A stretch of DNA of 64,000 nt. It comes from Malacoraja senta (Eukaryota). The notes beneath the pieces are model-generated. The model was not told the DNA's origin and did no database searches. It was given only the letters and a program-made list of their open reading frames with translations. A program made the position numbers and the translations under genes. The stretch's first letter is position 1, and the number at the start of each line of letters is the position of its first letter. The DNA lies in assembly GCA_038087875.1 (NCBI GenBank), contig CM075989.1, positions 8,434,001 through 8,498,000 of the forward strand, read 5' to 3'. Shown here piece after piece: positions 1-10,285 of this stretch.

Positions 1-310
1 CGAGGAAGAAGACAAGTTTCAGGAATCTTAGATGACAAGAGATGTTGGAAATTTAGTCAAAAAGATGAAGGAAACTTATGTAAAGTTCAGGAAGCTGACA
101 TTGGACAAGACTCTTGAGGAATATAAAGAAAGCAGAAAAGAACTGAACCACGAGGGCTTAAAGAGACAATGAAATGTCCTTGGCATGTAGGATTAAGGAA
201 AATCCCAAGGCATGTTTAACATACATTAAATACAAGAGGGTAACCAGGGAGAAGAAAAGATCACTCAAGCACAAAGGAGGACATCTATACCTTGAGCCAG
301 AAGAAGTGGA
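1..310 (+). mobile_element. Degenerate CR1 LINE ORF2 fragment (EN-RT linker)
   Basis: Decayed 'RIKENPKAF..YI..KRVTRE..L....G.L..EPEEV'-like coding signature typical of CR1 ORF2; frameshifted; boundaries approximate. Confidence 0.55.
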
Positions 311-484
311 TTGAAAGTTTTAAGAATTCATCATCCAATCGAGTTCCAACTCACCATGTCAAGGGTTAAGATTCTTCTCTATACAGTTACTGCCTAACCT
401 GCCTAATGTTTGTATCTGCACTCCTCATGATATATTTTACCCTATCAGACAAATGGCATAAATATCAAATAACTAATTTTTAAA

Positions 485-871
485 GGTACACAAAAATGCT
501 GGAGAAACTCAGCGGGTGCAGCAGCATCTATGGAGTGAAGGAAATAGGTAACGTTTCGGGCCGAAACCCTTCTTCAGACTGATAGGGGGTGGGGAGAAGA
601 AAGGAAAAAAGGAAAAAGGCGGAGGAGGAGCCCGAGGGCTGGGGGAGGGAGGAGACAACCAGATGGCTCCTCCCCTCCCCCAGCCCTCGGGCTCCTCCTC
701 CGCCTTTTTCCTTTTTTCCTTTCTTCTCCCCACCCCCTATCAGTCTGAAGAAGGGTTTCGGCCCGAAACGTTACCTATTTCCTTCGCTCCATAGATGCTG
801 CTGCACCCGCTGAGTTTCTCCAGCATTTTTGTGTACCTTCGATTTTCCAGCATCTGCAGTTCCTTCTTTAA
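485..871. mobile_element. Penelope-like element remnant: two inverted copies of the 3' terminal (pLTR) sequence, flanked by a 14-bp TSD
   Basis: Arms ~483-650 and ~668-839 are near-perfect reverse complements and match the Penelope 3' end at ~21970-22134; direct repeat aactaatttttaaa at 471-484 and 872-885. Confidence 0.9.
745..772 (+). ncRNA. Minimal hammerhead-ribozyme-like core in Penelope terminus
   Basis: CUGAAGA-A-GGGU(UUCG)GCCC-GAAACGUU: conserved CUGANGA/GAAA core, UUCG-capped stem II, palindromic ACGU stem III; stem I is weak. Confidence 0.6.
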
Positions 872-1134
872 AACTAATTTTTAAAAACTGACATCTACAT
901 TAAAACAAAAATCAGAATGTAATAAGTTGTCTGGCCTCACCAACCTATCTTACCCATGTTTGATTTTAAACTAAGCAGATTTTTTTTAAAACATTCATAG
1001 GATGTGGATACCTCTGTAATACCAGCATTATTATCCAGCCCCAATTGTGCCCTGAACTGATAAGACAATTAAAAGTCAATCACTGGTGCCTCCGGAGTAT
1101 CATTTAAGCCCGACTGAATAAGCGTGGCAGGTTG

Positions 1135-1265
1135 TACAGGAAGGAACTGCAGATGCTGGTCTATACCGAAGATAGACACAAAGTGTTTGGAGTAACTCAG
1201 CGGGTCAGGCAGCATCTTTGGAGAAAAAGGATGGGTGACTTTTTGGGTCGGGACCCTTCCTCAGA
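1135..1265 (-). mobile_element. Penelope-derived short terminal repeat (hammerhead-bearing family), degenerate
   Basis: ggaaggaactgcagatgctgg...gacacaaagtg..tggagtaactcagcgggtcaggcagcatc...gacccttcctcag, the same unit as at 23285, 58118 and elsewhere. Confidence 0.7.
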
Positions 1266-1751
1266 TGGCTGATTGCCTTCCTGAAGAACATTAATGAACA
1301 GGACAGATTTAACACAAATCTAATAGTTTCATGGTTATTACTATTGAGAGTAGATATTTTTTTATTCCAAATTTATTTAATGACTGGAATTTAAATTACC
1401 CTGTGCATGGTGGGATTCAAACTCAGAATTAAAGGTTCAGAACTCTGGTTGTTTACTAGTAACTGAACCATTAAACTATCATATCCAGAGGAACGTCGTA
1501 ATCCTTTTGCATGCCCCTTTACACATGTATTTACACTGCTGCAACCCCAATATGCCATTACTATTTATTTACGAATACTCCAACTGTTTAATTTATTCAA
1601 TAATGTTATTGTCTGTTTAACACTTGTGCCAATAATGTTGAATGGTTTTCCTTTAATACTGTAGATTTGTTCTTTTCCAGTGGACTCCAATCTGCAGTAG
1701 ACCCATTGTTTCAAATCACTTTGTATTCTATCATGTTGTAGCTGTAGAAAG

Positions 1752-2053
1752 GATGGCATGGTGGCGCAGCAGTAGAGTTGCTGCCTTACAGCACCAGAGA
1801 CCTGGGTTCAATTCTGACTACGGGTGCTGTCTGTACGGTTTGTACATTCTCCCCTTGGGTTCACATGGGTTTTCTCCGGGTGCTCTGGTTTCCTCCCACA
1901 CTCAAAGACGTACAGGTTTGCAGGTTAATTGGCTTAGGTAAAGATTGTAACTTGTCCCTATTGTGTAGGATAGTGTTAGCATATGGGGATTGCTGGTCGG
2001 AGCGGACTCAGTTGGTCAAAGGGCCTGTTTCCGCTCTCTCTAAACTAAACTAA
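1752..2053 (+). mobile_element. HE1-type V-SINE (tRNA-derived head, V domain, CR1-like tail)
   Basis: A-box-like tggcgcagcagtag, B-box-like ggttcaattc, V-domain ggtttcctcccacactcaaagacgtacagg, tail gggcctgtttcc...(ctaaa)n. Confidence 0.85.
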
Positions 2054-2826
2054 TAGGGACACATCTCTGAGGAGAGCCAAATGTATAAGGGATTCTCCAT
2101 TACCCTGTCAGTTAATGGATTCATAGACTTTTGTGAGATTGTAAACGTCTAGGTATACTGTTTGCTGCTGCTCCCTGCACTAGTAATGCCATGGGGTGAG
2201 ATCATGACCTTTGATAGATGGAAGCTGCCCTGCTGTTGGGAGGAGACAGTTGAGGAAGACCTGTGAGAAGAACTGTGCATCATTACCACAGTTGGGTTTA
2301 TCTACTTTCTTTGATTATGTTATTGTGCCCCTGAAGTCTACCTAATGTGTCTGCTTTTCCCAGGTGAGGTTGTAAATTCATTGCTGAGATTCCCCTCCAC
2401 CATGTTTCAGAACTTCAGCAAGGATGCTGAATGCTCCAGTGGGCCAATTATTTTACAGCTAGCGTTTGGCTGGGATACTGGTGAAACCGTGTAATGGGAT
2501 GGAGCCAAGGATGCTTGCATCAAACACTAGGGTGCGATTGTGATTCTTCACTAACTGCCTCTGGTCTTGATGAATTCCGTTCCATTCTTTGCAATCAGCA
2601 GGATGTTTGGTCTATAGAGAGTGTTGGCCGAGTCGTATCCATATAAATTATCAATGCTCTGCGCTTGTGCGCTCCTGTGCTCTATCTACTCACCATCTGC
2701 TCTTTAGGTCACAAGTTTTTGTTGGCTCTCAGCCCTCAGATACCTGTAGAACCGGTTTATTTTTCTCTGGTGGAGCTTCTATCCAAGAACACCATGCATT
2801 TGTGGTTAACTGGCAAAGCATTAATC

Positions 2827-3332
2827 AGTCAAGTCAAGTCACATTTATTTATATAGCACATTTAAAAAACAACTCTCATTGGCCAAAGTGCTTTACATTT
2901 GTTATAAGAATAATATAAACAAACAAACTACATACATATATACATATAGCCCTCGCTCAGAGGACGTCAAGAAAGGCTTGGGAGTATAGATAAGTTTTTA
3001 GTCTTGACTTAAAGGAGTCGATGGAGGGGGCAGTTCTGATGGGAAGGGGGGTGCTGTTCCACAGTCTAGGAGCTGCAACCGCAAAGGCGCAGTCGCCCCT
3101 GAGCTTATGCCTAGACCGCGGGATATTCAGCAACCCCAAGTCGGCCGATCTGATCTGAGGGACCTGAAGGTGGAGTGGTGGGTGAGAAGACTTTTAATGT
3201 AGGTGGGGGCAAGCCCATTGAGGGCTTTGTAGACATAGAGGAGGATCTTGAAATGTATACAGAACCGCACAGGGAGCCAGTGGAGAGAGGCCAGGATCGG
3301 GGTGATGTGGTCCCTTTTTTTGGTGCCCGTCA
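2827..3332 (-). mobile_element. L2 LINE 3' fragment
   Basis: ORF 2957-3139 'IPRSRHKLRGDCAFAVAAPRLWNSTPLPIRTAPSIDSFKSRLKTYLY' is the typical L2 ORF2 C-terminus; (ttgac)n tail at 2827-2840. Confidence 0.85.
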
Positions 3333-3430
3333 GATTAGAGCATTAAGGTACAGTGAAATTCAAATTACCATACAGCATACTACAAAAAAGCAACAACTAC
3401 ATAAACACACAACTACATAAAAGTTATCAT

Positions 3431-3890
3431 AATAATAATAATAATAATAATGCATTTTATTCAGGGGCGCCTTTCAAAACACTCAAGGAACCTTACAGTT
3501 AAAACAAGCAATTACAAATATATAAATAAAATGAACAACAACAAGAAGTAGTAGGGACAGCAACAATACATAATTTGGAGAGAGAGCAGCGGCAGCCAGT
3601 CAGTCACGCCAGCGTTCCCTCTCACCTCCGGAAGCCATCTTGGTAACAGAACAATCAAAAACACATTTTAACACGAACATCCACCACAGTGGCTCCTACA
3701 CATTTCTCACTGTGGTGTAAGGCGAAATAAAGTTCAAGTCCTTCCCTTAGTTCTTCCTCGGTCGTGGGCCTCGAGCCCCCGTTGACGGGACGATCTTGAC
3801 TCCCGTAGCTGGCGGCGTTCGGGCCCTCCGCGTCGAGGCGATCCGCTCCCGCATTGGGGGGGGGGGGATGTCAGCTCCCCCGCGCCGGGC
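3431..3890 (-). mobile_element. L2-tailed repeat with (ATT)n tail and GC-rich body, nested in a related repeat (~3335-3965)
   Basis: (aat)n at 3428-3451; reverse strand reads ccttgagtgttttgaaaggcgcc (L2-type 3' end); homologous to 24628-24917; cataa on both sides. Confidence 0.6.
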
Positions 3891-4966
3891 GATCATAAAC
3901 ATCCACCACAGTGGATTCCCCACGTTCCTCACTGTCATGGAAGGCAATAAAGTCCAATCTTCTTTTGTGGTCCAATCTACAATGAAATGGGCTTAATTTA
4001 TCTAAAAAAATATTTTGTTACAAGCAGAAAATAATTTAGTCCCATCAGTCTGGGTTGGGTTTGAAACAGGATCTCAGAGGTGAAAAACAATGTCACCAGG
4101 AAGGCATCGTCAACAATAGTAGCCTGAAATTGATCTTGGAAAACAGTTCCAGAGACAGCTGCCAAAACCCCAACTGGACCTGCCTTGACATGCCATGTAA
4201 GAACATTTCAAGCTAGAATGAGCTTCAAAAAGATACTGAAAATCAAATTAAATTTACAAAACAGTGTTAAATTAAGAAGGTATTATTTATAATCAGCAAT
4301 TGAAGTCTGAGACCAAGCTAATAGTATTTTTTAGTCCATTTTAAATTGAATGAAAATTGAACCATTTTCCAATGATACCTTATATTGAATATAAGAAGCA
4401 AAGGTACTCTCTTGCGAACTGTTGCACCCAGACTATTAGTCTGCCTGGAGAAATTTTCTGATTTATTATTAATGTCGGGAGTGGATTAATATCTTTATTT
4501 TTCAATTTCATTGCATTGATGCTTTGTGACATTCCAGTGCTCAGAGGCCTCAATAAAAACAGCCCCCAAATGCTCTTTGTCTGCAATGATAACTTAAATC
4601 CCCAAATGGACTTGCAAAGCCTCTCCATCTCTTTTCTGCAGCTCAAAGTCAGTAAAATAGGTAAATTATCTGTAAATCACATGACTTATTTTATCACTGG
4701 GGATAGTAGAACAAAAAAGAATGACAGTAAAATTATTTAAGGAACTAAGTGGTTGATGAATGCACATATGATACTATGTAGGTATATGCTAAAATGTAGA
4801 GAAATGCTGGCACTTGAACAGATAGTTAAGGCGGTTTATGCCTGCATCCAAACAACATGCAGTGCTGAAGGTTTGTTCTATAATTAATGGCTAGAAAGGG
4901 ATCTGAATCAGCAATCTAAACTAGAAACAAAAACGACTAAATCTGTTTGCAGCATTCCAAGCCTAA

Positions 4967-5422
4967 AGGGCCTGTCCCACGAGCATGCGACTGCATGCGG
5001 CAAGCGCGTCCAAACCGGAAGCGGGGGCCGCGCGGAGGTCGAGTGATCCCCGTACAGGGCCTGTCCCACCAGCATGCGACTGCATGCGGCGAGCGCGACC
5101 AAACCAGTAGCGGGGGCCGCGTGGAGGTCGAGTGATTGACGTGAAGTTCGAGCGAAGTCCGCGGGAGGTTCGCGCGCGACCTACGGCGTCAAGACGCTGC
5201 GCACGGCGTCAAGACGCTGGGTACGGCGTCGAGACACTGCGCACGCCCGTCGAGGTGGTGCGTACGGTCTCAATGCGGCGGCGGGTCGACAGGCCATTGC
5301 CGCGCGGAATTTTTGGACAGTGTCAGATCGAAGTGGGACCGGCCCTGCGAGGCTGTACGGCTCAAGCGACCACGTTAGGTAGCGCTTGCCGCATGCAGTC
5401 GCATGCTCGTGGGACAGGCCCT
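4967..5422. mobile_element. PIF/Harbinger-like MITE
   Basis: ~41-bp perfect TIRs beginning agggcctgtcccacgagcatgcgactgcatgcggcaagcgc; TAA TSD at 4964-4966 and 5423-5425; CpG-rich. Confidence 0.85.
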
Positions 5423-5928
5423 TAACGATATTGTTCTTGGTGACCAGGTGACGCTGAAGGAGTCCGTCATTTGAGTTATCTGGGGAGATTCAACTGCACG
5501 TATTTACCATGGTTTGGTTCACACAACAACTGCAGGTTGGATTATATAAAATAAAAAGAGAGATTATTGCACAGGGGCTTTTCTCAGTCAGAAAAGGTCC
5601 ACGGAATGTCTAGGATGAGCTCCAGAGTCTATGACAAGGAACCAATTGACTGGTGGGAGACCACTATCCTCTTCGACATAGAAAGGTACTGCAAAGGAAA
5701 GGGTCCTTCGTCCCACAATATATATATGATGAACATAAAACTAGGATAAAATAATCGCATCTACCTACACACGACCCATGCCCCTCCATTCCCAGCTTAT
5801 CCATGTGCCTATCTAAAAGCCCCTTAAACAAAGCATTTCCTGTCATTTCCTGAATGTGGCAATCTTGGGGTCTTGATGCAAGACATTGACCTGGTGACTA
5901 CAAAGATCACGGAATGGTGACGGACTTG

Positions 5929-6170
5929 GTTTAGTTTAGTTTCGAGATACAGCGTGGAAACAGGGCCTCGGCCCACCGAGTCCGTGCCGGCCAGCGATCC
6001 CCGCACACTAACACCATCCTACACACTAGGGACAGTTTACAATTTACAGAAACCAAATCAACCTACAAACCTGTACGTCTTTGGAGTGTGGGAGAAAACT
6101 GGAGCACCCAGGGGAAAACCCATGCGGTCACAAGGAGAACATACAAACTCCATACCGACAGCACCCGTCA
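5929..6170 (-). mobile_element. HE1-type V-SINE, 5'-truncated
   Basis: (tttag)n tail, ggaaacagggcctcggcccacc, V-domain reverse complement. Confidence 0.8.
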
Positions 6171-6363
6171 CCAGAAGGATCAGCAGTCAAAGAGATGGCT
6201 CAGTACCATCTTTTTAAGGGCAATCGGCAATACGTACTACTCGTCGGTGATGCTAAATGAATGAAGTCAATCTGTGGTAAAATAACCCAAAATATTGGAA
6301 AAAGTGCTTTGCAAACATTTGCAAAATTGAACACTACTCAGTTGAGATTAAAGTCAGTGAGAT

Positions 6364-6476
6364 TCTTCTTCTTGCGTATGGTGTGCACAGCCTAACAAAA
6401 AACTACATCTGCAGGTCGGGTTGATTGCATTAGTCGAAACAGGGTGGACCACGTGAAGGTTGCAATCCCCCACCCC
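6364..6476 (-). mobile_element. Short non-autonomous retroposon, family A (HDV-like ribozyme head, GAA tail), internally deleted copy
   Basis: 12-bp TSD agtcagtgagat at 6352-6363 and 6477-6488; (gaa)n tail; both ends nearly identical to 55507-55646. Confidence 0.85.
6423..6476 (-). ncRNA. Minimal HDV-like ribozyme (predicted)
   Basis: GGGGUGG-GG-GAUUGCA-ACC-UUCACGU-GGU-CCACCCU-G-UUUCGA-CUAA-UGCAAUC: P1, P2 and P3 fully paired, G.U wobble at position 1, J4/2 cytosine present. Confidence 0.8.
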
Positions 6477-6859
6477 AGTCAGTGAGATAACAGCCTTTGA
6501 CAAGCAAGTTTGAGATACTACCTCCTGGCATATGATGTGTGACCTGACTTTTTATGCCGCCTTTTAAAAAGGCAATGGACTGAACAGGGAAGAGATTTGT
6601 AATGAGCACACGTTTTCATGCTATACCTTTCAACCCAATTAGGTTGAGTTTATCAGTCAATCAGATTAAATTGAGGTAACACTGAGGAGGTTCCAGCGTT
6701 TGGACTATGATGTGAAAAGAATACTTGGTGGGGGCACCTGCTCTTCAATTTCAGTTGCTTTTCTCCTCCACACACAAACACACAGGTACCCCACTGCACA
6801 CACAAGCCAAGATCATAGAAGGCTAGTATCTTTGCACACATGTACATGGTTACAAACAT

Positions 6860-7010
6860 GCATCATCTGCTCCTTCTTGAGCAGTTCCCTCAGATTGAGT
6901 TGGTCTTCTACATCTGTTTTATGGTGACTGAGGAGGCTAATGTGGGAACCACAGACTCTTCCACAGATGAAGCATGTGATGACCAATTGGGCAGGTGGGT
7001 GGGTAATTTT
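6860..7010 (-). mobile_element. RTE LINE 3' fragment (C-terminal Cys/His motif)
   Basis: Minus strand reads TCFICGRVCGSHISLLSH, an RTE-type C-terminal motif. Confidence 0.55.
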
Positions 7011-7129
7011 TAAGTTGTCCTGATGGTGGGGGTCCTGCAGAAAACCTGGGACTTAAAGGGTAGATGGATAGATGGATAGAGTGCATGAGGCTCAGCAACT
7101 CATGGACATCGATGACATGCCACAGCCCA

Positions 7130-8300
7130 ACACATAAGATCCCACCCTATTGAAAGCCAGGAACTCCCCAGAGTCAGAGACAGTTAATGCCTGCAGGAAG
7201 GAACATTCTAAAGACACCCTAACTTTGACTCTGTCTTTGACGTGAGTGCCCATGGCTCTGTTCCATATTCTAGTCAGCCTTGTTGCTGATTAGCAAGAAG
7301 ATGAGGAGGCCATATCCAGACTCAAAAGTAACAAGGCCTCAGGAGTAGATGGTATCTCCACTGAAGTCATACAACTCAGCAGTTAAGAGCTTCAGTTGCA
7401 AATCCAAATCCTCATCCAGGAAGAGGTTATTCCAGGGTATCTCAGAGATGCCATATTGTGATCATCAAGACAAGAGATAAGTGTTGATAACTACAGAGAG
7501 GCTTCCTTGCCATGTGCATGTGGAACGTCATTGCTAGAATCCTGCACAATCTCCTCTTCCCAGTTGTCAAAGAGCTGCTTCCTGAATCACAGTGTGGACT
7601 CCATCCAACCAGAGGCCCAATGAACATGAACTTCACTATACAACAACTAGGGGTGACAGAGTAGCGGTGTTGCCTTACAGCACCAGTGAACTGGGTTCAA
7701 TCCTGACTACTGGTGCTGTCTGTATGGTGTTTGCACTTTCTCCACATGACCGCGTGTTTTTTCCCCGGGTTCTCTGGTTTTCTCCCACACTCCAGAGACG
7801 TACAGGTTTGTACATTAATTGGCTTTGGTAAAGATTCTAAATTGAACCCAGTGTGTAGGATAGTGCTGGTGTACAGGGATCGCTGGTCGGCGCGGACTCC
7901 GTGGGCTGAATGGCCTGTTTCCACCCTGTTTCTCTAAACTAAACTAAAAATGTAGGGAGCAGCACTAGCCACGATTGCTCAACTATCGGCCGAATCTCTA
8001 TGAAGATCTTTGACTCCATCAATCAGAAATTCTTCTCCATCATACATAGTTTCATAGTGGCATGCAGACCGTGATGTTAACCAATGGATTTACAACCAAG
8101 GCATTCTCAGTGAAGACTGGTGTTAAACAAGACTGCACCATCAGTCCAACACTCTTCACATTCTTTCTTGTTGCAGTGTTGCATCTCACCCCCCAACAAA
8201 CTTCCCACAAGAGTGAAACTATTCTTTAGAACCTACAAGAAGCTCTGCAACTTATTGTCAATCAGAACCATTGATACCCAAATTTCAGTAGTCGGTCACA
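7130..8300 (+). mobile_element. Degenerate RTE-clade LINE RT fragment, interrupted by a SINE
   Basis: Decayed motifs NKASGVDGI..E and LLPESQCG..P.RG, with KCREQ resuming after the SINE at 7947. Confidence 0.7.
7650..7946 (+). mobile_element. HE1-type V-SINE inserted in the RTE fragment
   Basis: Same head, V domain and (ctaaa)n tail as 1752-2053. Confidence 0.85.
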
Positions 8301-8397
8301 AATATATCATAAACAAACATCGGAACACAAATAAATGTTTCTTACATAAGGGTTAACAATCAAATAAGCAACATATGTACAAGCACATAAACACATC

Positions 8398-8884
8398 AAT
8401 AGACAATAGACAATAGGTGCAGGAGTAGGCCATTCGAGCCAGCACCGCCATTCAATGTGATCATGGCTGATCATCCCCAATCAGTACCCCGTTCCTGCCT
8501 TCTCTCCATATCCCCTGACTCCACTATCCTTAAGAGCCCTATCTAGCTCACTCTTGAAAGTATCCAGAGAACCAGCCTCCACCACCCTCTGAGACAGAAT
8601 TCCACAGACACAACTCTCTGTGAGAAAAAGTGTTTCCTTGTCTCCGTTCTAAATGGCTTACCCCTTATTCTTAAACTGTGGCCCCTGGTTCTGGACTCCC
8701 CCAACATCGGGAACATGTTTCCTGCCTCTAGCGTGTCCAAACCCTTAATAATCTTATATGTTTCAATAAGATCCCCTCTCAACCTTCTAAACTACAGAGT
8801 ATACAAGCCCAGCAGCTCCATTCTCTCAGCATATGACAGTCCCACCATCCCGGGAATTAACCTTGTAAACCTACACTGCACTCC
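8398..8884 (-). mobile_element. CR1 LINE 3' fragment with (TTGTCTA)n tail
   Basis: ORF 8543-8782 'RGDLIETYKIIKGLD...TRGHSLRI' CR1 C-terminus; aatagac repeats at the end. Confidence 0.9.
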
Positions 8885-9754
8885 AAATACATACACGCCA
8901 GCAGAGGCAGATGTTGTAGTCCAGGTAATTTAAAGCTGGTTCTTCTTATCCCATCAGTTCAGTTAATGTAACACAAACTGGAGATCATAGTTAGACTTTT
9001 CTGTATTATACTCTTAAGCTCCATTCCAGACAGTTCAATCAGCAGCTAAGCCACAGGAAGCTTTGGGCATTTGAGTTCTGCTACACAAATAATCAAAAAA
9101 GTTAAATGAGAAATAAACTGGGAACTTGAGTGGTTTATAAATTCCATCTCAACATGAAGATTTAAAAAAAGCTTTGAACTATCTCCAGAATAATCGTTAC
9201 TATGTGTAGATTGTATAAATTTTAACAGTCACTTATATTCATGCTTTGCTGCTGTCAGATTATAATGCTGATAACAAATCTGCTCCGTGGCATTGATCTG
9301 TCGTGACATTCATGGTGAATGATTAAAATCTGTCGTATAATTTGCTGCAGGTTTATTGAGTGGTACATCATCATTCATTATTCTGAGTTTCTATAATCCA
9401 CATTTATTACGTTGCGTTATTTTATAACATTTGATGAAATATCTTCACGATTTAATTGCTTTTGGGGATGAAATTTATTTCCTTTGTGCTGGCTGAACTA
9501 TATTGGTTTTCAGTCCAAAAAGGCCTCAATTTAATTTCAGCTCTCTCTCACTCTCTTCTCTCTCCCTCCCTCCACCTTCCCTCTCTCTCTGTCACCTCCT
9601 CCATATCTACAACCCCCTCATGATTACACTATTCCACCCCGCTTTTAACTGCTGTACCTTTGATAAAGACAGAAAGTCATACATCACGAAAATGAGCTGT
9701 ATCCACCGAGCCCCCTCTAACCACAAAGCATCTAGTTACACCATTGTTCATTAA

Positions 9755-10285
9755 CTACAGCACGGCATTCAACACCATCATCTGCTCCCCATTTGTTATG
9801 TAAACTTCTACTAATGTATGGTAGAGAGCATATTGACTGGTTGCATCAGGGCCTGGTTTGCCAACTATGAAAAGTGTTGGACACTGACCGCTCAGTCCAT
9901 CACAGGCACTGACCTCCCCATCATCGAAGGGATCCATAGGAGGCACTGCCTCAAAAAGGCAGCCAACATCATTAAAGATCTGTCCCCTGGCCATGTTGAC
10001 ATTTCACTCCCGCCATCAGGAAGAAGGTACAAGAGTAAGAAATCCGTGACCTCCGGGTTCAAGAACAGCTTCTTCCCAACAATCGCCAGGCTCTTGAACA
10101 CTAAGAAACTATGAACTAACTACCCTAGTTGCACTAGAGACTTTGGGCTTTTTACACTAATATTGGGGATTTTAATTCATTGAATTTTGCTTCTTATTTT
10201 ATCTACGAGTATTATGTTTACAGGCCTGGTATAATGCTGCAAATAAGAATTTCATTGTTCCGTTGTCAGTGCTTATGACAAATAA
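9755..10285 (+). mobile_element. Rex1/Babar-like LINE 3' fragment
   Basis: 'VESILTGCIRAWF...AANIIKD...LPPSGRRYKS...FKNSFFP' signature (ORF 9818-10114). Confidence 0.75.

Noticed and set aside
509..813. Twin 74-aa ORFs on opposite strands with nearly identical peptides
   Set aside because: Artefact of the Penelope-terminus palindrome; low complexity, no coding signature
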